Position numbers and translations under genes: made by a program
Notes under the pieces: generated by a model
Told to the model about the DNA's origin: nothing
Seen by the model: the letters and a program-made list of their open reading frames with translations, nothing else
The model's database searches: none
In this document: positions 1-10,005 of the stretch, in pieces
How positions within the stretch are numbered: the first letter of the stretch is position 1
How the letters are laid out: every line of letters starts with the position of its first letter
Assembly: GCA_001661245.1 (NCBI GenBank)
Contig: KV454011.1
Location: 2,406,987-2,470,986 of the forward strand
From: Pachysolen tannophilus NRRL Y-2460
Taxonomy: Eukaryota
Length of the DNA: 64,000 bases
Reading direction: 5' to 3'

Positions 1-588
1 TCTTTGAGACATTAAGTTATATGTTTCCAAGACTTTTGGAATATTTCTACCATGGATACCAATAGCAACTCTCATATTTAAATGTTGTGGTCTCTCAGCA
101 ACTTTACCATTAATTCTTAACAAGTATGATCTTTCTAAAGTTTTGAACCCAAAATAGTTATAACTGAAATCACGGTCATAAACAATAGAAGAATTTAATT
201 CTTCTGCATTTTCCATAACAATATCATAAGTTTCTTTTGAAACCATTGGTGAATGAATATTAGTTATTGGATTATAATAATTGTATAACTGAGAAACAAC
301 TTCTGAAAATTGCTTTGTTGTTTGTTTATGCAAATTTGAAATTGCAATCCTAGCAGCCAAGACAGCATAATCAGGATGAATAGTAGTCATATATGCAGCA
401 GTTTCAGCAGCCAAGTTATCCAACTCAATAGTGGTAACACCTTCATAAACACCAGAAATAACTCTCTGAGTTATAGCAACTGCGTCAACGTGTTTTGGAT
501 CCAACCCATAACATAACCTAGAAACTCTTGCTGTTATTTTATCAAAACGAACTGGCTCCTTACGGCCATCTCTCTTAAGGACATACAT
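1..588 (-). CDS. RNR1: Ribonucleotide reductase large subunit, 5' part (continues off the left edge)
   Basis: Not in the ORF track. Manual translation from ATG at 588 gives [35 protein letters not shown]...[20 protein letters not shown]...[31 protein letters not shown], the ATP-cone N-terminus of eukaryotic RNR alpha. Open to base 1. Confidence 0.97.
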   Translation of the reverse strand, partial: MYVLKRDGRKEPVRFDKITARVSRLCYGLDPKHVDAVAITQRVISGVYEGVTTIELDNLAAETAAYMTTIHPDYAVLAARIAISNLHKQTTKQFSEVVSQLYNYYNPITNIHSPMVSKETYDIVMENAEELNSSIVYDRDFSYNYFGFKTLERSYLLRINGKVAERPQHLNMRVAIGIHGRNIPKVLETYNLMSQR

Positions 589-697
589 AATATATGTAGT
601 TGAACTCTTATAATCTTTCAATCAAAAAAAAGAAAGATAAATAATAATAATAATAATAAGAATAAGAATATATTAGAAAACTAAATTCGATGGAAAG

Positions 698-792
698 ACG
701 CGTCTATTTATATATCGTCTTCAATTATTAATCAAACTGAAAAATTAAAACGCGTTTTTAAAAATCTGTCACGTGATTAATTTTTAACGCGG
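698..792. promoter_or_regulatory. MCB (MBF) elements and a Cbf1-type E-box upstream of RNR1
   Basis: ACGCGT at 698-703 and 750-755, ACGCGG at 787-792, GTCACGTG at 768-775. These lie 110-205 bp upstream of the RNR1 ATG; RNR1 is a classic MBF target. Confidence 0.75.
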
Positions 793-1181
793 AAATGGGA
801 AATTTTGACACATTACAAAAGTAGTGCAATTTGCCCTTATTTGCATACTAAATTGCTAGGTTTGATGCGCTGATTAGGTCTATGGAAACGGGAAAAAAAC
901 GTGTTTGGATTCGGAGAATAATGGTTTGTTTACCTTTTCCCCTTTTCGCTCAATATATGTTTATGTCCCGAAAAGTTTTAATCTGATCTATCTAGGTGGA
1001 AAACTACAAGCAGATCATCGGAAGATACATAGATTATGAGAGAGGTTTTTTTTTTTTTGGTTTCTTGATTAACTTGATCCGATAAAATGCAAATTATTAT
1101 ATTATAGCCTCAATACTGGGGGTTTTTATTTTATTTTTATATAAGCTAATTTTTCAAAATAGCTAGGGTTCAAACGGTATT

Positions 1182-1574
1182 TTATTGAATTTGGTTATAA
1201 TGAGCATCTTTATCTATATAATTAAAATGGTTTGAATCTTCTAATGGGAATATCATTTTTTCAATGGTAGTTTCCAATTTTTGTTTAAAAAGTGGTATGA
1301 AATGACGTTTTGCATAATGCGTATCTTGTTGTTTCTCAATTTCTTCACTGTTTGCAGTCTTGGGTATACATAAAAGTAAGCCATCTTTTTGAGCAAAATC
1401 CAATTCCACACCATTGTCATCATTTTCCAATGACATTGATAAAAATTGCTTGTTTTTCTTACCAATGTGAGTCTTAGTTGAATACTGTTTTATGGAAAGT
1501 ATCTTCTCCTTTGTATCTTTAGTCAGAAACATAAAAGATGAAGTTTCCGGTGGGACTGTTGAATCTTGATTCAT
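1182..1574 (-). CDS. Hypothetical protein (~130 aa), no recognised family; possibly a gene fragment
   Basis: ORF from ATG 1574 (MNQDSTVPPET...). Long for very AT-rich DNA but no recognisable motif. Confidence 0.3.
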   Translation of the reverse strand: MNQDSTVPPETSSFMFLTKDTKEKILSIKQYSTKTHIGKKNKQFLSMSLENDDNGVELDFAQKDGLLLCIPKTANSEEIEKQQDTHYAKRHFIPLFKQKLETTIEKMIFPLEDSNHFNYIDKDAHYNQIQ

Positions 1575-2035
1575 CGCCAAAAGCTATTTCCTTCAAGTAA
1601 ACTTTTTCAAATCTAGTAGGCTGTCTACTAAGACTAATCAATAATCTTTTTTTAAACCTTTACTCATAAAGGTGAAATCATTTCTGAAAGCCAGTGCAGT
1701 GAAAAGAAAAGAAAGAAAAAGTATTAGCCAATGATACGGTATACAAAAGCTAGCTTTAAAACTAAACTACTCAAAATTGTTTAACCTTGTTTTATTGTAG
1801 ACTTTCAAAAAGCAAATAGAAAAAAAAAAGAAAATTATTCACTTCAGGTAGCCAACAATAAGAAGTTAAATTCACAGTCAATGTCAACTTTCTTTTTGTG
1901 TTGCGAGATGAGATAAGATTAGGATTTTAATAACCAAGACAAAACCTCATGCGGCTGTAAAAGAAAGTTCAAAGAATAGCAGCATGGAAAGAAAACAACA
2001 AGTTTGAAATTTTCCTAAACTTTAGTAGTAATAAT

Positions 2036-2117
2036 GTCCCAGTGGCCGAGTGGTTAAGGCGACGCCCTGCTAAGGCGTTGTGCTCTGCATGCGCAGGTTC
2101 GAATCCTGTCTGTGACG
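2036..2117 (+). tRNA. tRNA-Ser(GCT), intronless
   Basis: GTCCCAGTGGCCGAGTGGTTAAGGCG-ACGCC-CT-GCT-AA-GGCGT, long variable arm, GGTTCGAATCC, then TGTCTGTGACG. Anticodon at 2069-2071, A and B boxes intact, oligo-T Pol III terminator at ~2121-2131. Confidence 0.97.
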
Positions 2118-2297
2118 TTATTTTTTTTTTTCAAATTTTTCATTATTGTTCACACGCATAATTATACATATCAACTACTCTACTTTTATTTACTTTTCAT
2201 TTCAATCACTCACTCACTCACTGCTTTAATGAAATTCCATTCAAAAACGAAGCTGCTAAAAACAGCCATACTATACTACAAATATATTTAAAGCCCA

Positions 2298-5200
2298 TTA
2301 TCTATAAACATTGATGACACCGCTTCTGTCTGCAGAAATAATCATCTCGTAAGGTTTGCAAATGCTTATGATATCAGTAACAAGATCATGATGATTTTTA
2401 ATTATGTCTAATTGTTCTTGAGTTATTAAACTAATCCTCTTTTTACTTGATTTTTTATTATCATCACTGCCCACCATATTTTCGTTATTAGATTGAGATT
2501 TAATATTAAAAATTGTTAAACCTTGGTCAACTGCATTTGCTGAAAATGTTGGAATATTCTGATTACTACTCTCTTGATCATCATTCATGTTACCAATAAT
2601 AATTTTCGAATATTCTGGATTTGAAATGTTCCAAAAAACTAATTTTCTATCATGAGATGCTGTTACAATATATAGTGATTTTTTATAAGATGAAGAAACT
2701 TGTTGAGACTGAATTGGCAAAGATTCAACAACAGTCATAGCAGTCATAGTTTGATTTAAAAGGTCGGCCCTTTCCCCATTACCAATATCAAGATTCTTGG
2801 AGATAACATTACCATTATCATCTTCATCGCGTAGTGATAATGAACTAAATCCAAAACCATTATAGAAACTCAAGTCAAAGGTTTCGTTATTGTTGAATTT
2901 AGCAACATCTATAATACCAATTGCAGAATTTTTATTTCCTCCAGTTACAACAACATATCTATTTTTTTTCGATGATGTGAAATCTTTAGGACAAATCTTA
3001 AGCTTATTGATTGGAATTATTGAATTTTTATTTGGCAGCGATCCTTTAAAAAATGATGTCAAAAAGAATGATTTTAAATGAATCTCAAATCTCAAATCCC
3101 AAAGATTCATAATTCCACTTGATGTACCTAATAACAACCATGTCTGCTTATTATCAACACAAAAAGTTGTAGGAACACCATGCGATAGATCATTTTGCAA
3201 ACTAAAAACTAAAGTCATCCTTCTAATGTCTAATGCAATAATTTTGGAAGAAGGTGTAATGAAGACCAACAAGGACTTGGAGTTATCAACTAAAAATTCC
3301 ATTTCCAAAGCATAAGCTCCATCTTCTTTTGATATTTCGTATTCCCTAATTAATGTTAACTTATTATATCTGTTCTTACCATTTCTTTCAAAATCAACTC
3401 TGAATAACTTAATAAATCCATCTTGAGTACTAACTGCAAAACAGTCTCTCGATTTAATAAATTTGATACATTTAACAGGAGAACCGAGGTTAACTGATAA
3501 GGATGAACTACCGGTAACATTTCTTTCTAATCTTAATGCATCCCATATCTTTATAGTACAGTCATTACCACCAGATATAAAGTAGTTGTTATCAGGCGAT
3601 ACGGCAATGCATTCAACATTTCCTTTATGTTCAATCAAATGGGCAACTAATATCCCTTTGGGGTTCCATATACTTGCAGGGTAATGTGATTGCAGTTGCG
3701 AACGCTGTTGAGAAGTATTTGCAGCATGATTACCCAAATTACTCAATGGAGGCCCAAATTCAACAAAGTCATCAAGTAATGGTTCGAACTCAATACTGTT
3801 TAAATATTTCAAAATATAAGGATTTCTACCAGAATAACTATTTGTAACAGTGGTTACGATATTTTGTGATAAACCGGGATCAGATTCCATTAATGACGAA
3901 ACAGTGAATATTTCTTGTGACTTATTATTGCCATTCGTTTTTGTCATTATCGAAGATGCATCATTCGAAGTTTCTAATTTTCCGAAAGCATTTTCTCTGT
4001 CTTCATGAATAGAAGGTGCAGCTTTTCTTGCATTTCCAAACATTATAGAATTTGGAGACATGGCAATTGATGGTTGAGGACTAGAATTATAATTTTCGCT
4101 TGCATTATTTTTAGTCTTATTAATATTGATAGGCAATGGTAAGGTCATATTATTGTTGGTATTATTTTTAACTTTCAAATATTCTTTTTTAACAATTTCT
4201 GATTTATGAACAACATCAAAAAATATGTTTTTCGGTAGCACACCCAATTTTTGTATTTCAACTATTATCTCTTCATCACCAGAATCACCTAGACCACTGT
4301 TGTAATTCATTCTTTGATTTAATCTTGCAACTCTATAAATATAATCCCGCATGGTAGCAATCTTCCATAAATCCAGTTCTTCTAACCCAGATGACTTTAA
4401 TTTCTCAACCCAGTTCTTATCTTCTTGAGACAAAGGAATTTCGGAATTATCAACAACCATAGAATCGTTGTTATTATTTCTGGACAATGAAAAACTTAAG
4501 GAAGTGGAATTTCCGTTATCAACATTTTTTTTCATGAAGGACAATCCGGTATTTCCAAAGGAATCTGTTTGTTGAATTCCTTCCACTTTTTGCCAAAACA
4601 ATGATGATTTTTCTGGTGATTTTAAAGACCAGTTAATTGATAAATTGTAAACAGATCTCGATATAGGCCTTTGTAATGATTTTAATAAAGTGTCATAGTT
4701 GAAAGAACTAATGTCAAATTTCAAAAATGGTAAAATTATGGGATACAAAATGCAAAAAAGATCTGATAACTCAATATTTTCGGATATAGTTATTATGATT
4801 AACAAGCTTTCTTGTCGTATCCATTCATTCGGATGCAATATTAACTTTGTGGTATTTTTAACCAAGTCCCATAAGAATTGTTTCTTAATAAAACCTAGCT
4901 TAATTAATCTATTAAAAGTCTGTAATATTTTTAATACAACTATTTCTTCGGGATCATTTAATGTCTGGACTAACAAAGGTAAAATATAATGCTCCAAGCT
5001 TGTAATTCCCGTAAACATTACAATAGGTAAAATTGACTCTATAAAACTAATTCTTAAAGATGCATGCTTATCATTCAAATAAGTAATCAAATGACTTAGA
5101 ATCAAGTCATTGGTTTTATCTTTACCAAAAAACATACACAAGGGAGCAATATTTTTCAATAAGGCCATTTTGACGTTTGGATTTGGATCTGTAAGTAACA

Positions 5201-6977
5201 AGCTTACAAAATTTTTGAAATCATTTGTTAAATTATTTTTATCAAACAATTTATCCATTATCACTGGATCCACTTGTTGTTGAAAGTTAGTTCCGTTGAT
5301 ATTAGAAGGTTCAACTGTAGTTATATTTTTTTTTAAGTTAAGTGTGATTTGATAAAATTTTAATGAAATGTTTGCAATATGTGGTAAATAAGTTGCAAAT
5401 ATCAATTTCAAATAATTAGAGTTTTTCACATGATGATTATAGAAATTTTGTAATTTTGGTAAAATATATTCTTGGAATATCGAAATATTAACAACTGTTA
5501 TCGTATCAACCATATATAATAGTTGAGTGATGCCTCGAAGTGAGGCGACTTGTACATCTGTACTTGGATCATCTAATAAAACCATTAAATAAGGTAAACA
5601 TCTATCTAGCTTTGCTTCATCATGAATTTTTTCTGATAGGGCAATAATTAAATCGCATGCCCTGATTCTAAATGATGAGTGTGTAGTATTTCTAATTGAA
5701 GATAGTACCATATCTAAAAAAATTAATGAACTTGAATTACTATTTATTACTGTTTGTCCTGCTGGCTTTGGCGTATATTGATAAAGTCCCGGTAGATCCA
5801 ACTTTATTGGAATTGTATCTTCTTGAATTGAATGTATATCATCCTTTTTGACAAAGTTATTTTTAAGATTATTATCTGTTTCAAATCCTAATAATTTAGA
5901 AATTTTTGAAAAATCATTATAAATTCTTTCTATTCTTAAATCGCATTCATGAAATCTATCATAATTTCTTCTTTTTTGTTTTTTATTGGTATTACTATTT
6001 TTGTTATGTTGTTGGTCAATGTTATAATTATCATTTGAAGGTTCTGATAAATATTTCATATATGGATAAACAAAATCATAAAATTCTCCTGGAAAAATTA
6101 TATCCTTGTATTTGATCAAGATTTCTTTACAACTCATTCTTTTCAAAGGATTTAAATCAATCATATTTAAAATCATTTCCTTTAAATGTGGATCATCTAT
6201 CCCGTTTAAGTTTGGTTTATATTCATTTTTTTTATATTTAAACAATTGTGATAAAGTGAAAATTGAAGAACCTTCCAAGACTAATTCTGCAAAAATACAA
6301 CCTAAGCTGAAAACATCCATTTGAGATGTTAAATTTTTATTTGTAGGAATATCATCATCTTTTGATAAAAATCTTTCTGGAGCAAGATAACAAGTATGCC
6401 TTCTATTAGTATCAAAATAAAACGAAAATTGAGTTGGATTATCTTCTGGAAGATGAATTGGCTTAAAAAGAGCAAAATCTGATATTAAACACCAATTCCA
6501 TGATGTTAACAATATATTTTCTAATTTTAAATCCCCATGTATTATATTTTGTAAATGACATTGATTCAAAGCATTTAATAATTGAAATATTACCCATTTT
6601 TTTTCAATTTTCTCTAAAAAGGGTCTAGTGGATATTCTATCATAAAGATTTGTCTTAATAACTGGCCTTACAAGATAACATGCTCTATCAGTATCTATAA
6701 TTCTAGAATATGGTGTAACATTTGATAATTTAAATAAAATTTGTTGTTGATATTCCAATTGCTTTACATAATGACCATAATCAATCAAAATGTCCATATT
6801 ATCAGGCTTAATCAATACTTTGACAACAATACTACCATTTGAATCCAATCCTTTACATGTTTTCAAAAATCTCGAACTATTAATTGTTTTAGAATATTGG
6901 ATATCAGGTAAAATATCAACATACGACTGAATAGCCACAGCAGTGGTCGGCGCTAATAAAGAGAGCTCCGCTCCCAT
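2298..6977 (-). CDS. VPS15: PI3K complex regulatory subunit Vps15 (kinase-like domain, HEAT repeats, WD40)
   Basis: Start refined to ATG 6977 giving MGAELSL (myristoylated Gly2). Motifs LYDRISTRPFL, HGDLKLENIL, FSFYFDT.RR.TCYLAPERF, DEAKLDRCLPY and C-terminal WD40 repeats. Confidence 0.96.
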   Translation of the reverse strand: MGAELSLLAPTTAVAIQSYVDILPDIQYSKTINSSRFLKTCKGLDSNGSIVVKVLIKPDNMDILIDYGHYVKQLEYQQQILFKLSNVTPYSRIIDTDRACYLVRPVIKTNLYDRISTRPFLEKIEKKWVIFQLLNALNQCHLQNIIHGDLKLENILLTSWNWCLISDFALFKPIHLPEDNPTQFSFYFDTNRRHTCYLAPERFLSKDDDIPTNKNLTSQMDVFSLGCIFAELVLEGSSIFTLSQLFKYKKNEYKPNLNGIDDPHLKEMILNMIDLNPLKRMSCKEILIKYKDIIFPGEFYDFVYPYMKYLSEPSNDNYNIDQQHNKNSNTNKKQKRRNYDRFHECDLRIERIYNDFSKISKLLGFETDNNLKNNFVKKDDIHSIQEDTIPIKLDLPGLYQYTPKPAGQTVINSNSSSLIFLDMVLSSIRNTTHSSFRIRACDLIIALSEKIHDEAKLDRCLPYLMVLLDDPSTDVQVASLRGITQLLYMVDTITVVNISIFQEYILPKLQNFYNHHVKNSNYLKLIFATYLPHIANISLKFYQITLNLKKNITTVEPSNINGTNFQQQVDPVIMDKLFDKNNLTNDFKNFVSLLLTDPNPNVKMALLKNIAPLCMFFGKDKTNDLILSHLITYLNDKHASLRISFIESILPIVMFTGITSLEHYILPLLVQTLNDPEEIVVLKILQTFNRLIKLGFIKKQFLWDLVKNTTKLILHPNEWIRQESLLIIITISENIELSDLFCILYPIILPFLKFDISSFNYDTLLKSLQRPISRSVYNLSINWSLKSPEKSSLFWQKVEGIQQTDSFGNTGLSFMKKNVDNGNSTSLSFSLSRNNNNDSMVVDNSEIPLSQEDKNWVEKLKSSGLEELDLWKIATMRDYIYRVARLNQRMNYNSGLGDSGDEEIIVEIQKLGVLPKNIFFDVVHKSEIVKKEYLKVKNNTNNNMTLPLPININKTKNNASENYNSSPQPSIAMSPNSIMFGNARKAAPSIHEDRENAFGKLETSNDASSIMTKTNGNNKSQEIFTVSSLMESDPGLSQNIVTTVTNSYSGRNPYILKYLNSIEFEPLLDDFVEFGPPLSNLGNHAANTSQQRSQLQSHYPASIWNPKGILVAHLIEHKGNVECIAVSPDNNYFISGGNDCTIKIWDALRLERNVTGSSSLSVNLGSPVKCIKFIKSRDCFAVSTQDGFIKLFRVDFERNGKNRYNKLTLIREYEISKEDGAYALEMEFLVDNSKSLLVFITPSSKIIALDIRRMTLVFSLQNDLSHGVPTTFCVDNKQTWLLLGTSSGIMNLWDLRFEIHLKSFFLTSFFKGSLPNKNSIIPINKLKICPKDFTSSKKNRYVVVTGGNKNSAIGIIDVAKFNNNETFDLSFYNGFGFSSLSLRDEDDNGNVISKNLDIGNGERADLLNQTMTAMTVVESLPIQSQQVSSSYKKSLYIVTASHDRKLVFWNISNPEYSKIIIGNMNDDQESSNQNIPTFSANAVDQGLTIFNIKSQSNNENMVGSDDNKKSSKKRISLITQEQLDIIKNHHDLVTDIISICKPYEMIISADRSGVINVYR

Positions 6978-7163
6978 CTTCAACACTGAATAGCAATACC
7001 CAAAACCTTATCACACAATTGATGGCAAATAAATAAATAAATAAATAAATTAAAAAAATAATATAAATCATATCAACTTTAAGAAACCTCATCTACCTAC
7101 CTACAAAAACAAAAAGCCATACATTTACCCAAATATTACCCAATGCGGCAGTTCCGATAAGAA

Positions 7164-7221
7164 TTACCAATTTAGGAAGTAAAAAAGTACAAAAAAAATA
7201 AGCATTTCCTAATTAGGAAAT
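7164..7221. promoter_or_regulatory. Two Mcm1-type MADS-box sites in the divergent VPS15/TMEM14 promoter
   Basis: TTACCAATTTAGGAAG (7164-7179) and the perfect palindrome ATTTCCTAATTAGGAAAT (7204-7221) both fit TTWCC(W6)GGWAA-like consensus. Confidence 0.6.
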
Positions 7222-7287
7222 TAGTTGAATTTATGGTCTAAAAGGTTCATTTTATGACCATATATATAATTTTCACAATTTAAACCC

Positions 7288-7325
7288 ATATTCTTGTTAC
7301 TAAGATATATTCTTGTTACTAAGAT
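7288..7325. repeat. 19-bp tandem duplication ATATTCTTGTTACTAAGAT x2
   Basis: Direct reading: copies at 7288-7306 and 7307-7325. Confidence 0.85.
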
Positions 7326-7364
7326 ATAATATATATATATATAAAATTATTGATTAAAAGAAAA

Positions 7365-7840
7365 ATGGTAAGTGATAGTTGCAATTGGATTATAATGTCT
7401 TTGTTTGTCTTAGTGGATTGAGTTGTCTAACATTTTTTTGCTTTTTTTTTAGGATCATCTTGCTTTCACTTATTCTGCTTTGGCCATTTTCGGTGGTTCT
7501 ATGGGTTACTTGTAAGTGTTGATATTTTTTAAACTTAGAGTGATAAGTTATGGAGTTACTAATGTGAAGTTTTTTTTTTTGTTTTAGCCGTAAGAGATCA
7601 AAGCCATCGTTAATTGCTGGTGTCACCATTGGTGGTATCTTTGCAGGTGCTGGTTATTTATTACATAACAATATGGAATATGGTATTCACACTGCTTTAT
7701 TGGGTTCAAGTTTGATGTTAGTTGGAGGTGCTATTAGGGGCTCAAGTGCTGGGTTCCGTAAGCCAATTCCTTTGACTTTAGTAATTTTAGGTGGATTATC
7801 TACTCTCTATTATGCGAAAAAGTATACTGAATTTTATTAA
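7365..7840 (+). CDS. TMH11: TMEM14-family small membrane protein (YJR085C/Tmh11-like), 104 aa, two introns
   Basis: Exons 7365-7367 (ATG only), 7453-7511 and 7588-7840. Introns are GTAAGT...GTCTAAC...TAG and GTAAGT...TACTAAT...TAG. Spliced product MDHLAFTYSALAIFGGSMGYFRKRSKPSLIAG...AGYLLH...FRKPIP...GGLSTLYYAKKYTEFY* is in frame throughout. Confidence 0.9.
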
Positions 7841-8029
7841 GCAGTTTATTTTTTTTTTTTCAATTGATAAAAGAAATTAACTGACTGTATATACAAGATT
7901 TTATTATTTAATATAAATGTCCGATTATTTTATTATAAGATCCTAAATGTACGAATACGAATACAGAGATGATAGCAGCAAAAAAAATGGGAAAATTTTT
8001 TGAAACTTTTTTTTTAATTTTTTCTTATT

Positions 8030-9484
8030 TTAAGTATTGGCGCTATTGGTACCATTGGGAGCATTAACACCATTGTCAACAATATTATTTTCGTTACCAG
8101 TGGTAGAATTACTATTGTAAAGTTTATTCAATTCAATGTTTTCTACCTCGTGATCATCAGCGGCAGAATCAGATAAGAAATCCCCGGGTTCTAGGATTCT
8201 AACAAATTCAACATAATCATTAATATATTCATTACCAAATTCGTATTCATCACAACCTTTTAATAATGTATCTTCATCTTGTAATTTTAATGACAATCCA
8301 GGGATCTTGTCTATTATTGTTAAGAAGATAAAACTCATTGAAAAACAATAACAAAGAGTAACGATTGATCCAATAAATTGATACAATAATGCAATGTATC
8401 TGTGACTAATCCAACCACCTTTTATATCCACCACACCTAGTTGTGCAATATTTTTATCAGCAAATAAACCTGTTAACAAGCTTCCAACAAATCCACCACA
8501 TCCATGAATGGCAAATATATCCAAACAGTCATCAATTTTTAATAAAAATTTTAAACCAGTAGCAAAATTACAAACCAGTCCACCAATAAATCCAATTACA
8601 AAACTTGACCAAAAATTAACAAAACCTGCACTTGGTGTTATAACAACTAATCCAGCGACACATCCTGAACATAGTCCTATAATGGAGAAATTTCTATTAT
8701 AATAATAATCTAACAGAAACCATGTAAAACCTGCAATGAAACATGAAGTCAATGTATTAATTAAAATGATTAAAGTTTGAAAAGACATATGATATGAGCA
8801 TCCACCATTAAAACCTAACCATCCAATAATCATTAAAAAAGTACCAATTAATATTAATCCAGTATTTGAATTTCTATAATTTTTGGTAACTGAATTATAA
8901 CTTCTTTTACCCAATTTTAAACTATAACATAAAGATGTTGAACCACTTAATAAATGTACTGGATCTCCTCCAGCAAAATCCATTATATTCAAATCAAGTT
9001 TCAACCAACCTTTTTCATTCCAATGCCAATAACTTACAGGGTAATATATGATGATACACCATATTATAATGAATAAAAATAATGGTTTAAAACGACCTCT
9101 TTCCGCTATACACCCAAATGCTAAACTTCCAGTAATACAACAAAACAAGCCTTCAAATAATACATGTATATAAGCTGGAACTCTCAGTTCTCCTTCTATT
9201 TCAACCACAGAACTAGTCAAGTATCTCAACCCAACATTATGGAAATTCCCAATATACCTATTCGAAGCTGTTGTTGAATAACATAAGGTATAACCGATGA
9301 AAACCCATTCAACAAAAATTATGCAAGATATAATCAACGGTAACGATATTTGACTTAAAGCAGATTTCCTCTGTGTTAACCCAGAGTAAAATAAACCAAT
9401 CCCAAGGATTATAAACATCAATAAAGTTGAGCACCCAAACAAAAATACCGCATCGATCTGTTGCGCAATAGATAATACCTCCAT
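8030..9484 (-). CDS. Ammonium transporter, Mep/Amt family (divergent)
   Basis: GIGLFYSGL, AERGR, MDFAGGDPVH, GWLGFNGG, GLVVITPSAGFV, DDCLDIFAIHG; multiple transmembrane segments. Confidence 0.93.
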   Translation of the reverse strand: MEVLSIAQQIDAVFLFGCSTLLMFIILGIGLFYSGLTQRKSALSQISLPLIISCIIFVEWVFIGYTLCYSTTASNRYIGNFHNVGLRYLTSSVVEIEGELRVPAYIHVLFEGLFCCITGSLAFGCIAERGRFKPLFLFIIIWCIIIYYPVSYWHWNEKGWLKLDLNIMDFAGGDPVHLLSGSTSLCYSLKLGKRSYNSVTKNYRNSNTGLILIGTFLMIIGWLGFNGGCSYHMSFQTLIILINTLTSCFIAGFTWFLLDYYYNRNFSIIGLCSGCVAGLVVITPSAGFVNFWSSFVIGFIGGLVCNFATGLKFLLKIDDCLDIFAIHGCGGFVGSLLTGLFADKNIAQLGVVDIKGGWISHRYIALLYQFIGSIVTLCYCFSMSFIFLTIIDKIPGLSLKLQDEDTLLKGCDEYEFGNEYINDYVEFVRILEPGDFLSDSAADDHEVENIELNKLYNSNSTTGNENNIVDNGVNAPNGTNSANT

Positions 9485-10005
9485 TACTGAAAAAAGAAGA
9501 AAAAAAAATAGAAAAACTTTACGGACCTAAAGAATCATCAAGAGAATAAATATCCTGCAAAACAAATGTAAAAGTACAACCAAGAACCAAGAACCAAACA
9601 AAAAAGAAAAAGCAAAAAAAAAAACTTTCCACAATTTACAAAAACCACACAGGAAAGTACCAAAAACAATCAAAACAACACCTTATCAACAATAATAAAC
9701 TATTAACAGCTTTTCATTAAAATATACAAATTATCAATAGATCTTGATGTAATTAGCAACATAAACCATTGTCATTTCCTAATTGGGAAATTGTGCAATA
9801 AGACACGACGCAATGTGTTTTAATTAGAAAAAGTTTGAGCTTAAGCAAAGGATCTGTTTAATAATAAATAAATAATAATATTATTATTATTATTAAATTA
9901 ATAGTTATAAAATTCTATATATATATATATATTTATTTTGGGAATTAAAAATAGTTGGAGTGATTTTGATCTTTGGTTTTTTTTTCTTTCTTTGGTTTGG
10001 ATATA

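Noticed and set aside
7390..7629. 79-aa minus-strand ORF in the track
   Set aside because: Antisense to the spliced TMEM14-family gene and runs through its introns; no recognisable product.
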